Program-made: the position numbers and the translations under genes
Shown: one piece after another, positions 35,496-47,580 of the stretch
Layout: each line of letters opens with the position of its first letter
How positions within the stretch are numbered: position 1 is the first letter of the stretch
Assembly: GCF_000281045.1 (NCBI RefSeq)
Contig: NW_008246078.1
Location: 878,280-942,279, forward strand
Reading direction: 5' to 3'
DNA length: 64,000 nt
Origin: Saprolegnia diclina VS20
Lineage: Eukaryota
The notes under the pieces: generated by a model
Told to the model about the DNA's origin: nothing
The model's input: the letters and a program-made list of their open reading frames with translations, nothing else
Databases searched by the model: none

Positions 35496-37330
35496 TCACG
35501 CCGTACGCTGACGTTTGGTTGGCACCTCATGGTCGGCCGTGAGGCGACTCAATGCAGCGAGGATCTCTGGATCCGGCTCCTTTGTGCCTTGAAGTGCTGC
35601 GTGGAGCGCTTGGGCGATGCAAATGCAGACTCCAATGTCGAGGCCTGGCCAGCGTTCTTGAAAGGTCTCAAGAAGCTGTAAAAACACCGTTGCGACGTCG
35701 GCGACCGAGTAGAAAGGGTCGTCGTCGTCACCGCCGAGCTGACTCTCGAGTTTTGCAAGCAGCATGCCAATATGGTGTGGCGCGGCACGATGGAAGAAGT
35801 TCAAGGCGTCGGCGATGACAAATCGCTGGGTTTGGCGCGTTCGTTCAGAATGCGTAAGTGGCAAAAGACTATCGCAATAGTATGGAAGGACAGTATCCAG
35901 ACGGTTTCTGTGTGACGTGAGACAGATCGTGGCGCGGGCAACGTGGCGCGCAAGATCCGTCACTACTTCGATCGGGATCTCAATGAACTTGGAAAGCGCG
36001 CAAATGCCACAGATAATGGCCTCCGAGTCACAGTCACCGTCCGTATCCTCAAGCATGTCGTTGATGGCTCTTTGCAGCGTCCAGCCACATTTGTCGTCCA
36101 GCAACCGCAGCAAAAATGAACCAGCCATTGCCAGCGGAGACATATCTTGATCAAAACTGCCCTCCATGCGCGCCGCGACTGCACTGACGCTGAACGCCCC
36201 AAGCTTTACGTGTGGGTTGTGCTGCACGGCGTATGCAATCGCGGGTTGGAGCACGTACATGATCGGGAAATAGACAAATGATGTCAAACCTGGCACGTGC
36301 GAGAGGATGCGCGGTGGCACGCAAGCGTTCTCTCCGAAGGACGCTTCGAGCAGGAGGCAGCTTTTGAGGAGCTGCAGCGCAGCGTCAGTCGCTTGGTTGT
36401 CGTTGTGTGCTTCGCCATCGGGTACCGTCAGGATCGTGGCGACGTTGCAGGACCCATGAAGTGCAATGTAGGCTTCCTGGATGAGCGCGTTCGAGCCTGG
36501 CAATGGGGAGCAGATCGGGTCGTCCGAGACACCGGCCAAGCTCGCAAGCAGCACAAACGGCAGATGGACAGCGTCGGCATATGACGTTCTTCCCCAGCGC
36601 TTCAAGAGGGCGTGGAAGGCGGGCGCTAGCTGTGCGTAGCCGTACTAGTACCGGACAAAGCATGCATGGAGCTTGGGACCCAAAAGGTAGAGTTTCGGAT
36701 GCGACTCGTTCTCGCAGCTTTTGGAAAGGTACTCGGAGACCAGTTCGACGTCGTCGACATCGAGGAGGAGCTGCAGGATACTGGCGCCGAGCGGCGCAGG
36801 CTCATTCGTTCGCTCAAACCACGATTTCGAGAAGGAAATGCACCAGCCATTGCCCCCCACGTAGCTGGCTTGGCGACAGCGCACTCGGCCTACGTCCGAG
36901 TTGTGCACGACCATCTCGATGAGCGCTGTCACCACGTCCTTGGTCGAGGGATACCCGAGAATCGTCACACTCGCAGTTCCATGAACAACCTCTTGGACGT
37001 ACGCCAGAGCTTTCGCAATACCCAGTTGCCGGAGACGGTGCTGTTTCGGCCAAAAGACCAGCGCAGTTGTCGACGTCACGGGGCCGCGAATGCAGTACGC
37101 GACATGGACTCCATTGAGGCTCGAGAGAGCGGTCGCAGGAATATCGTGGCCGTTCTTGACAACAACCGAGACGATGTGACCGGTGGCGTCACAAGCGGCA
37201 AGGACCACGTCATAGGACGCTGTGGCTTCAAGCGCTTGAACGAGTGCCAGATCGCTACCTTGCTGCGTTGAGAAATCCTTGTGCGTTTGCAGCGTGGAGA
37301 ACCCGACGCGGCTATGATACTGATGAGGCG
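35496..37330 (-). pseudogene. Subfamily A paralog interrupted by a 6-bp stop-containing insertion at about 36643-36650
   Basis: ORFs 36645-37208 and 35496-36605 share a frame. CGG TAC TAG TAC GGC here versus CGG TAC GGC in the 29.4-kb copy; terminal KRQRTA*. Confidence 0.8.
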
Positions 37331-37825
37331 CTGCGGCAATCGCTCGCAGCTGCTCGACTGCCGCTTCGACATTTGGGCACGGGGGCTATGCGCTTGGGCG
37401 CGCAGCCAAGAGATGATGGAATGATGCCAAGATGCTGGAGCACCAACGCATACTCGCGATCACGGACGCCTTTCGTCGTCGTTGTCTGCAGTTTGCTCAT
37501 TCCATTCAACGGGTGGCTGTCGCGGATTGGTTGGTGGTCGTAAGCTGAGTTGGGATCGGTTTTCGCATTCGGTTGGTCAGCAGGAACCGTCGTTGGATCT
37601 TGTTTTGAAACTTGAAGCGTTTCACATTTCATGACGTGGCACGCTGTCGCGACACACAGAAATCCACATGCAATCTCGAAAGCATTCACTCATTTTAGGA
37701 CACGCGTTTGCTCATTTTAGTGTGCAAGAATCATCTAAGGGTAATATATAGACTAATATCTTTGGTTTATGGTGGTTCTATCGTTATGTATGTTTATTCA
37801 AGCATGAACTCTTTGTCGGTATCGA

Positions 37826-38930
37826 CTAAGCCACGCGCTGCCGCTTGGCTGCTTGGCTGTCGGCCTTTGAGCTTTCGATGAAATCCACCATTTGCGCGAG
37901 ATGCTCTGACGCGCGTTGGCGATTCTCGCGTAGTTGTATGTACGCGCGCAAATGTCCGTCTCTTTCAACATGTTCCGGCGCTTTGACTTTGGTCAGGCGC
38001 TCGTGCGTGCGCTGGACAACGGTGCAACGGTGCTGCGGTCGAGTGTCGTGAGCAACGTGGTCCACTGCTCGCACGGAGTCTCAGTCTCGGGCGGCATGGT
38101 GCGCTCTGTCGGCGACCGCAAAAATGAGCGCAGTTGGGTGCAGGCGCCACAAGTGCAACCCTCATCGCAGAGGATGCTCCAGTCCTTGAACGCGGGCACA
38201 TGGATGGCGAACACGGCCGCCTCGTAGCTTCGGAGCACCTCGGCGATGCAGTCGCGCGCGCTAACGGCAAGGTGGAGCCAGCGATTACCAAAGTCCTTCA
38301 AGAGTGGTAGCATCACCGACACGACCCGCTTCCTGACGTTTCGCTTCAGGGCCCTATGAAAGCTGTTGATGAAAAGGCCCACGTGGTAAGGCGCGGCGGT
38401 GTCGAAGAAGCTGAGCGCGTCGGCGAGGCAGCACCGACACAAGTGCTCGTGGCGCAACGCGACGTCAAGTGGGATCGCGTTCATATTGTGTCATAGGACC
38501 GAACCATGTTTTCGAGTTCGCCGGGTGGAACCTGAATGCCTGTGGCCGCTTTGGCCACCAATGACGCCAACTCGGTTCTGCCGTTGGCGTAGTTTGGGAT
38601 GCGCTTGGCGACGCTGCTGAGAGCACGAACAAACCAGAGTGGATGCCCTTTCTTGATGACGCTGAGAACTTGACCATAGTCTCCAAAGGTCGCATACTTG
38701 GTCTGCTCGGGCTACTCACTTGTCGGTCCTTCCGAGTCGTTTTCTGTTTGTACCTGACTGCCCAGGAACTATTCAAATGTGTTCTCGATCGAGGTCGCCA
38801 GCGCCAGACGTGCCTCGTCAGAGCTTTTCGAACGCTTGTCATCCGATATGGTCGCAGCGACCAGCGACGACGTCACGTGAACGCACAAGTAGGCGCGTGG
38901 CGTGTGTGGCACGAGCCCAAAAGGCCATCT
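37826..38930 (-). pseudogene. 3' half of a subfamily B paralog with several frameshifts
   Basis: IPLDVALRHEHLCRCCLADALSFF, FKDWSILCDEGCTCGAC..LRSFLRSP, terminal KRQRVA*. Confidence 0.75.
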
Positions 38931-38967
38931 TTTGTTTGAAGTATATTGGTTCAAGTGCAGTCCTATT

Positions 38968-39855
38968 AGTGGGATTCAAGTTGTCCATCAAATCTTGATG
39001 GAACGGCTTGATGGAAAAACAATTCGCCGATTTTTGTCCAATCAGAAGTGCCGAAAAAAAAGGGTGGCGCCGAGTGCATTCCCATCAAAAAAGATCAGCT
39101 TGAACCCCACTTTGATGACCGATGATACATACACACGCACACAATAATAAGCATGTTCTTAGTTGCAAATGCTGTCGAGCAAAGCTTGGCGGCGCTCTTT
39201 TCCGCTCTTGTTCCTTCGCTTCGGCGTGTGAGCGCACAACGGCTAGTGTTCGCATGCCGGGTCTACCCTTTACCGCCACCAGCCGCGCGCCCAGCCAAGG
39301 CAAACGTAGGGTCTTAGAGCAAGGACGTCATGACCACGCTCTCCGGCTTGACTGGCGATCCTTCCGCCATCGAGAAGGGGCGCTTAGTCGCCGAGGAAAG
39401 ACGCCTCGACCTGGAGACTGAGCGCGTAGCCATGGAGAAAGCGCGTTTAGCGATGGAGACGACTCTCGGGGATGCCAAGCTGCTGCACGCAAAGTTTGCG
39501 GCCATTGAGAAGATGGCGCAAGCCCGGGAGGCCTTGAAGAAGGCAGGCGCTACCCAAGAAGAAATCGGTATGGTTGCGCCGCTCACTATGGAGATTTAAT
39601 CGCTAATAAGATGGCATGCGACTCTGACACCCGTTTGACCCGTTTTTCCATCAAACGTTCCATCAGCCTTTTTGTTGATGGAGCATTTGGCTTTCTGAGT
39701 GATGAAAGTAGCCAGTTCAGGCGAACTTCGTAGTTTTGATGGTTGATGGAGCTTGATGGAGCTTTTGAATTTTGCCGGAGTTTTAGCCAATGAGATCGCT
39801 GGATTGGACCCGTTCGTCATTCCATCAAGGTTTGATGGCCATCTTGAATCCCACT
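38968..39855. mobile_element. 888-bp non-autonomous TIR DNA transposon (PIF/Harbinger-like) with ATT target-site duplication
   Basis: Left end AGTGGGATTCAAGTTGTCCATCAAATCTTGATGGAA versus right end reverse complement AGTGGGATTCAAGATGGCCATCAAACCTTGATGGAA (3 mismatches). ATT at 38965-38967 and 39856-39858. Many subterminal TTGATGG/CCATCAA repeats. Confidence 0.88.
39330..39599 (+). CDS. Short coiled-coil ORF inside the TIR element; probable C-terminal remnant of an accessory protein
   Basis: 89 aa: EERRLDLETERVAMEKARL...REALKKAGATQEEI; no transposase motifs. Confidence 0.45.
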   Translation: MTTLSGLTGDPSAIEKGRLVAEERRLDLETERVAMEKARLAMETTLGDAKLLHAKFAAIEKMAQAREALKKAGATQEEIGMVAPLTMEI

Positions 39856-39925
39856 ATTGGGTCTGGGTATACGTAAGGTCGTCATCACGATAGATACATG
39901 TGGCTACGTCTGACGTCCGTGCAAA

Positions 39926-42681
39926 CTACGCGACGCACCGCCGCTTGGCCGCGGGGTCGTCGCTGTGTGTAGCGCCTACATAGGCAGTCACCAGCGCAAG
40001 CTCGTTGGCGGCGTGTTGACTGGCGGCGCGTCGCTGGATATACATGCGCAAGCGCTTGTCGTCGTCGATCTGTCCCGGCCCTTGGATCTTCACCAGACGC
40101 CGGGGTTCAATGCGCTCGATAACGCCGGGGTTCAATGCGCTCGATAACGCCGCTGCGCTCCAGCGAGCCGAGTAGCGAGGTCCACTGCTTGCACGGATCC
40201 TTCTTCTTCATCGATCCAAGCTCCATCCTGCGCCGGGTCGTGGACCGTAAATACGAGTGCAAATCGGTGCACGCTCGGCATTTGCAGCTTGTGGCTGCAT
40301 CGAGCGGGATACACCAGTCCTTAAACTCGGGCACGTCGGCCTCGGCCACAACGACCAAGTGCTTTCGCAGCGTTGAAGAAGCCAAGGGCGTCCGCGACAC
40401 AGCGCCGACACGAATATTCGTGGCGCAGCTTCTCGTCCAGAGGTACTGCGTCGTCGCACGCCATTGGCACCAAGTAGTCGAGGGTCCCAGGTCGCAGCGT
40501 GAGGCAGTCGACGGCCTTGGCCACACAGGTTGCCACCTCGGTGAGGTTCCTGCTGAGGATCGGAATGCGCTTGGCGATGCTGCATACGGTGGAGAGCAAC
40601 CAGCATCGATCGTCCTCATCATCGACGTCGCCACCTTCAGTAAAGGCGGCCAAGTACCAGCCATACACACCGTACACATCGCGGGGGTCGTTGCAACGCG
40701 ACGCGTGGTACAATAGATTGCCCAAGTTCGCCGTCATCGACTTGGATCGAGACAAGATCCAGTCGATTCGTCGAGTCTTGGCGGGTACGTACGGCGCGAT
40801 GCTCACGCGCGAGTTGGTAATCACTGCCAACCCGATCGCGGGCAGCAGCACGTGCTCGTGGTAGAGCGAAACCGCATGCTTCTCGGTCATTGCGGCCATC
40901 AAACCATTTGGCGCCCAGTACGCGTACACCATCGACAAGAGAATAGGCGGCAGTCGGGTGTTGCACTTCCACCACAACGAGAGGGTGCTGTCGCGCACGT
41001 ATGCCTCGATCAAAAGGCTGCATTGAACGGTGCACAACGCCGCGTCCCAGCTGCGGTCGCCTTTTCTGCCCCGGAAGTTACGCTGATCATCCAGTGCTTT
41101 TGCTGCATCGCACGCGCTGCGAAGGGCCACGTACGCGGCTTGGACGACCTCGGGGAGGCGCGGATGGTCGAGCGGCGCGCAGATCGGGTCGTCCAGCACG
41201 CCGGCCAGACTCGCGAGCAGCACAAACGGCAAATGCAGGATCTCGGGCGGCGACGTTGCGACCCAGCGCTGCAGCATTGCTTGTACTGCAGAGCCAAGGG
41301 CAGACCAACCGTACGTAGTAAGGCACGCATGGAGCTTGGGCCCAATGTGGTGCATCTTGGGATGGTCGTGGTTCTGGCAGCTGTGGCGGAGGTATTCGTC
41401 AATGACGTCGACGCTGTTGGCATCGAGAAGGAGCTGCAGCATTGTCGCCGCAGGTAGCTCTGGTTCGTGCGTCTTCTTGAGCCGCGTGGTCGACAGCACG
41501 TCGTCATTGCGGAACCCATACATAAAGCCATCTTCGTCTTCGTCGTCATCGGGGTCGTCATCAATGCCGCTTGCGGCTTCAACGAGTGCCAGCAGAAGCG
41601 CGTCTCTGGACGGATAGGTCTTCGTGCGCGACGCCTTGATCGACGCTGCGAACGCAAGCGAGGGCAGGTAAAAAGCCACCGAGGAACCGAAGCCGGTGTC
41701 GCTTGGGCCAAAAAACGATGGCCGGTAGCCACGATTTGAAGTGGCAGGACGTTTTATCGAGGCCTCGCAAGACGCTACGTGGGATCGCTGCGTTGGACGG
41801 GCGGGCGAGGTACTCGCACCGTTTCTTGGTTGCTCTGGCCAGCACATAGTCGTACTCGCCCGACGCGTCAAGGGCGTTGACGAATGCCAGCGCGTATCCG
41901 CGTATGTGCTTAAAGCTCGTAGGTGGCTTCTGGCTCGTGTCATTGTCGCCGTCGTCGTTGGGAATCTGAAAGATGCCGTATTTTTGCGCCTGGTACCGAA
42001 TACTGGCCAATGCCGTCAACACCGCCGCAGCTGCAGTTCGACTTGGCTGCTCAATGGAAAAGCCGGGAGCCGGGTCGTCGTAGACGAGGTGGTAGATGAG
42101 CGCAACGCGGCACCCGTCCGTGATAGGCTCGGACGACACTTGCACCGAGAGGTACATTGCGCACATGGAGAGAGCATTGAGTTCACAGCTTTGCCACGGC
42201 TTGGTCTTCTTCTTGCTTGTTGTCAAGGCAAGCTGGCCACCCGCGTATGTGCATGTAATTGCACAATGAGCCGGCCATAGGTACCTTCGGGCACGTCGTG
42301 GGGCTCGTACAAGGCTGCGTTCGCACCGGTTACATCGAGAACGAGGTGCGAAACGTGGGCCGTACAGGCTCTGGATGTACTCAGAAAGTTGTTGGCGATG
42401 CCGCACATTTTCAACTGGACAAATGCATCCCACGCTGTGTTTTGAAAGGCCATCGCACTCGCGGGGACGCGGCTGCCGTAGAGCGCTGCAAGCTGCGCGG
42501 TATGTTCGCTCGAGAGTGGTATCGAAAGAAGGTCGTCGACGCCATCGACAACGAGGTTGGGCTGCTCCAAGACCGAGGTGAATCGAACTTTGACAGTGTC
42601 GCGGCCACGGTCCTCGGGGTGCATGAGCAGATTGGTGGCCGCGTTGTAGCTGACGCGAACCCCTTCACGGCGTGTCGTCAT
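39926..42681 (-). pseudogene. Most complete paralog of the 2OG-Fe(II) oxygenase-like family, broken by frameshifts (about 42250 and 41615), an internal deletion (about 40365) and a 25-bp duplication
   Basis: GTYGRLIVQL, YAGGQL and EPITDGCRVALIYHLVY (DSBH-like strands); FWPKRHRL; FKDWCI...CKCRAC..YLRS; terminal KRRCVA*. Confidence 0.8.
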
Positions 42682-42789
42682 TGGATGGTCGGTGGTTCAA
42701 CGCCAAAGAAGTTTGTGGACGGTCCTTCGACAGCAGATACCGAAACCGCTTAGTCTGAGGCCACGCAATTTAAATGCAAAGAACTAGCG

Positions 42790-43700
42790 TTTGCATGCTG
42801 CAGCGATTCCTTTGGTCGAAACAAACATGCTAGAAAAGGACTACGCACCAGAACCTTTGCAATACCCAGTGGCCCAAGACGGTGCTGCGCGGGCCAAAGA
42901 CGAGGGCCGTTGATGCGTCCTGGGGCCGCGAATGCAATATATGCCTTTGTTTCTTTTGAAGTTCGATAGAACAACGGTTGCTAGAACGTCATGACCGCCA
43001 TTGGTGGTGAAAGTATTGCTTGTTGCCACAAGTCGCAAACATCATATCGTCGGCGATGGACAAGGCCAGATCGCCATCTTGCAGTTGAGAATTCGGTAGT
43101 CTTGTGCTGGGTGACGAGCCCAATGCCGTTCGCAATGATGCTGCCGTAGTGCTTCAACGACCATCNNNNNNNNNNNNNNNNNNNNNNNNNNNNNNNNNNN
43201 NNNNNNNNNNNNNNNNNNNNNNNNNNNNNNNNNNNNNNNNNNNNNNNNNNNNNNNNNNNNNNNNNTCAGCGCGTCACGCTTCCGAGTCATCGCTTTCGTG
43301 GGACGTACGTAGGATCGGTGAACGCTGTCGCCATCTTGCAGTTGAGAATTCGGTAGTCTTGTGCTGGGTGACGAGCCCAATGCCGTTCGCAATGATGCTG
43401 CCGTAGTGCTTCAACGACCATCGTTGCGGATAGCAGCGACAGGCGCTGCAGACTTTCGTGAGATACCATACTAGGCGCTGCAGACTTTCGTGAGATACCA
43501 TACTGCTAGCGATACCTAGGTGATAAAGGTCCGAAGCCTAAGTACAGTCTAGGTGGCTGTTGGCTATTGTCGTGGGTGGGCGGCTCGTGCCTCAGACTAC
43601 CTCGGACCGCTTGTTGGGCTTGAATGGGTGGCGGTCATAAGCCGTCGTCATGGCTCACGTCTTGTAACTTGAAGGGTTTCACTTTCCATGACGTGGCGGG
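42790..43700 (-). pseudogene. Heavily decayed 5'/central fragment of another paralog, spanning a gap
   Basis: YCIRGP and LWPAQHRL..LGIAK match 36990-37110; ATGACGTGGC motif at 43688. Confidence 0.55.
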
Positions 43701-44261
43701 CTGTCGGATCACGGCGTGCGCCACACGACCATTCACCGCACAGAGCCACAAACACGATACGACAACGATCTGCGGTCACACTTCTCTGGCGAAAATTGCT
43801 TCATTGCCAATATATCTATTTCCTATCCAACTTTTGATCATAGGGATACGTTATGTTCGACGCAGGAGGACAACGCTTACCATTCTTGTCCTGCAATGTG
43901 CAAGGTTTCACGACATGGGCAAAATGCGAAAATGAATGCCGACGATCCCAGTTCTGTTGCGCCCAGTGTTGCGCCCGTTTGAAAGAATCGATCAAATGTA
44001 TTTCGACGCCGGGCTTTGCGGCCGGTTGATTATTTCCGGATATTATCCGGAAAAACGATAATTATCAAGCGACACCGCGGGTTCCGTTGCCATCACTTGC
44101 CGGTTTACCGTACAGCCCCAACACATGCACTCCTCGATGTCCTGCTCTTTGCTCATCTGGCTTCAGCGCCTATTTTGTCACTGCCTCGCACGAGTCGCCG
44201 ATTGGTTCCGGTGGGCGCTTGCCCGGATGCACTTGGCACTTGCCAAGCATTATTCAGCGCC

Positions 44262-45224
44262 ATGCACCCCTCCCAAAAAAACCTTGACATAGTGGCCCTG
44301 CAGACGACTCCAGAAGCGCAGCGGTCAGCATGCCGGGTCTCCGCGGCGGACGTGGCTGCCGCTCTCCTTCGTCTCTGGAGCGAGTACGACGCATCCTCTA
44401 AAAAGCTACTTGTGCTGACCAACAACAAAGAAATCGGCGACGCCCCAGGGCCTGCCCGTGGTTTGTACCAGCTCCGAACGGCCCTACAGATTTTCCAGTC
44501 GCTCGCTCGCGACAGCGTGCAGCCAACGACCTTTTTCAATCAAGCGCGGAGAACCATTGAAATATACGTCGAAGTCTGCCCTCAGGCCAGCAGCAACGAC
44601 ATTGGCCAAGCCACGACGCTGGCCCTCAACAGTCAAGACGCATTTGAAAAGGCGGCCCGGGACGTCAATGCTTGGTGTTCTGAAGCGACTGCGTACCTCG
44701 GCTATGGGCGCGACGCCGTCGGCAGCACCGACGACTACGCTGCAGACGTCTCCCACGTCGTCCGAGCCATGTGCAAGAGCGGTGTTCGCGCGATGCAGTC
44801 AGTCGCGTTGACCTTTGAGAGCTGCACCCGCGATTTGAGCACTGTGTCTGCCATCTTCAATCAGCTCGCCGTGATGCACGAGCCGGCTACATCCTGTGCC
44901 ATTCAAGTGCGATCCAGTCGCTCGTCGTCTTCCTACAGCTGCGATGCGGACACTGCATTGGCTGAGGCACTGCGTTTGCATGCGACGCGCGTCAATGCGG
45001 TGGTAGAGCGCGTGAATGCGGTGGTAGAGCGCGTGAAAGAGGCCCTTGATCAACTGCGCAAGACGCAAGTCATTGCCCTTCTCGACGCTTTTCTGAGGCA
45101 CCCGATGGCCCTCGACCAACTGGACACGCGGACGCTGAACGCCATCCTTTTTGCCGTCGACGGCCTCGTCAATGAATGCCGCTTGTTTATGAACGACTAC
45201 AATGGAGTCATTTACACGGAATAA
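44262..45224 (+). CDS. Hypothetical helical protein
   Basis: Long ORF (open from 44016, first ATG at 44262) with a 21-bp tandem duplication (VNAVVER x2); no recognised motif. Confidence 0.55.
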   Translation: MHPSQKNLDIVALQTTPEAQRSACRVSAADVAAALLRLWSEYDASSKKLLVLTNNKEIGDAPGPARGLYQLRTALQIFQSLARDSVQPTTFFNQARRTIEIYVEVCPQASSNDIGQATTLALNSQDAFEKAARDVNAWCSEATAYLGYGRDAVGSTDDYAADVSHVVRAMCKSGVRAMQSVALTFESCTRDLSTVSAIFNQLAVMHEPATSCAIQVRSSRSSSSYSCDADTALAEALRLHATRVNAVVERVNAVVERVKEALDQLRKTQVIALLDAFLRHPMALDQLDTRTLNAILFAVDGLVNECRLFMNDYNGVIYTE

Positions 45225-45781
45225 CTCGCGAATTCATTAACGTGTATGTAGTATCTTTGCGCCACGCTGTAGATATGTCTGTTGCATCAACATTCAGTAG
45301 TATTTGAATTAACGAAATTCTTTTTGAACGGTTCAAGATGTCTACGGATGAGCTGCCATCCTCGGCAGCATCTCGGTACCAACTAGATGAAGGCCATGAG
45401 ACCGCCTTCTCACAACAGTTCCGCATGGACCCCAAGCAGATTGAATATGACTTGTGAGAATTCACAAATGATTATTCCCTATCGACTAACTTGAACGGTA
45501 TGAGTATGAATGCGAGAGAGCATCAACGTTCGTTCCAAATCCAAGAGGGCGAGTTTCGATCCATCTAAAAATAGATCACGCTGTGATTGGCTTCTTTTGG
45601 ACCAATCCGTGCGCATGCGTGGTTGCACATACAAACATCAAGTAAACGCATCCAGCGATGGCATACCGATCGCTGATTGGGTACAGCGAGCTGAGAATCA
45701 AGCTTGGTTTTTGTATGGAAACGTGGCGGCGAGATACGAGATAAATTTGGAGTTGCCATTTCATTCTCGTTGACGAAGGCT

Positions 45782-47580
45782 CATGGCCAGCCCGCTGGCA
45801 GCGGTCGTCCACGGCCTCCTCGCGGCAGGAACCTGCGTCCTCCTCTACTTTGCGCTCAAGTATGCCAAGAAGTACTACTTCATGGTGGCCTTCCTCTTGC
45901 CGGTACGACGCGCTGCCTCGCGCTCGTCCTCTTCATGTCTCGGACGTAGCCGTTTGTGAGCTTTTGCATGATCTACGAAAACATTGTGCGCGCCGCGACC
46001 AACCTCGACGGCGCCGATGCCAGCGACGGCGGCGACTTTGACAAGAGCCTCACGAGCGTCCAAGTGATGCTCGCACTCCAAGGTACGCGCCATATGGAGG
46101 CTACCATCATCGACATGGCTGCGTAGCGTGCATCATTCCGTTCATGCTGCTCATTTGCTTCGAGGTCACGTACCTCGTGCATAAGAACAAGAGCGTCAAT
46201 TTTTGTGGCATCTCGTTCGAGTCGGGCCACCGCGCGAACCGCAACAACTTCAAAACGACCTTTCTGCGCTTCGCCGTCTGGCTCGTCGGTCTCTCGCTCT
46301 TGCTCATCAACCTCTACGTGTACTACAGCTATTTCCAGGACATTACGTTTCAGGAAGGGTGCGTTGCGTCGCCCGTCGTCGATCGATCGGACGTGAGCAT
46401 GTTCATTAGGAGCTATTTTATCAACGGCGACGGGACCGTGGCCACGGTGCTGACGCAAATTCCGGCCTACGTGCTCGTGATCCTCTCGCTCTACATGGGT
46501 CTCCGCCTCTGGAACTATGGCTGCAACTACGCCTTTGTGATCCATGCCACGTGCTTCAACCCGTGGATCTGGATGGTCGTCGGGGCGGTCGCGCTCGCCG
46601 TCGGGTACATCATCCCCGGCACACTCTTTGCCATCACGTCCAACATTGGCGAGTTCATCATGCTCGCGGCCATCATCCGCATGTTCAAAGAGGTGCACCA
46701 CGACCTGCAGGTCGCCGACGAGTTTGGCCGCACCATGGACCGGTCCTTGCCGTCCGCCATGATCGTCGTACCGCGCGACAACATGGCCAACAGCCACGCG
46801 ACCATCTCGACGCCGATCTCGTCGTACGCACCGATGACGTCGCCGCCCAGCACAAGCGCCGCGAGGTCCGACGACGACGACTCGGACGGCGCGCGGCTGA
46901 CCGATGCCAACACAAACGCGTATTTTTCCAGCATTCTGGCGCGCACCAAAGGCGATCAATTGCGCTGGGACGTCCCGCCGCCAAGCATTGCGCTCGAGCC
47001 CGTCCGGCTCCGAAAGCCGCAGCTGACGTCGCCGCCGAGCGACCACAGCACAAGTACGCCAAAGCCCGTGCCAGCGTTCAACGCCTCATTCCCGCCCGTG
47101 CTCGAGGCCAACGACAACGACGCGTGGGTGATACTGGCCGACGAGACGCCTCGCCCGGACTTTGATGCGAGCGCATGGGCCATGGACCCGCCGCGGTCGC
47201 GCCGCGAGAGCTACACGGCCAGCGAGACGCGCACGGCCGACGACGAACAGGCGGGCGTTGACGCCGACGAGGCGTTCCAAACCGCAGAAATGCATGCGCC
47301 CGACGAGCGCTCCATCGCGTCGGACGCGCCCACCGAGTCGTCCGAGACGCCACTTCACAGCGCGATGCAGGCGATGGCATCCAGCTTCTCCGAAATGCCA
47401 CCAATGCGTCAACGGGATTACGCCGCCGACGACGACATGGACGTCGACTGGATGCAACAGCTCGGCGCGTCCTTGGACTTTGACGACGATGAGGGTGTTC
47501 ATGCGGCACTGGACGACATCCCGCTGAATACGCCGCCGCCGCTCGTAGTCTCCATAGACAACGACCACGCAGCGCTCTAA
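45782..47580 (+). CDS. Multi-pass (about 7 TM) membrane protein with an acidic disordered C-tail; introns about 45903-45949 and 46083-46127
   Basis: Successive hydrophobic segments (GLLAAGTCVLLYFAL, IIPFMLLICFEVTYL, FAVWLVGLSLLLINL, IWMVVGAVALAVGY); GT-AG introns. Confidence 0.8.

Noticed and set aside
43071..43422. Identical 95-bp sequence on both sides of a 100-N gap (43071-43165 and 43328-43422)
   Set aside because: Probably a contig-overlap or haplotype artefact; cannot be called a real repeat without reads.
45300..45420. Minus-strand SWYRDAAEDGSSSVDIL, resembling a transposon accessory-protein motif
   Set aside because: Too short, and the similarity does not continue.
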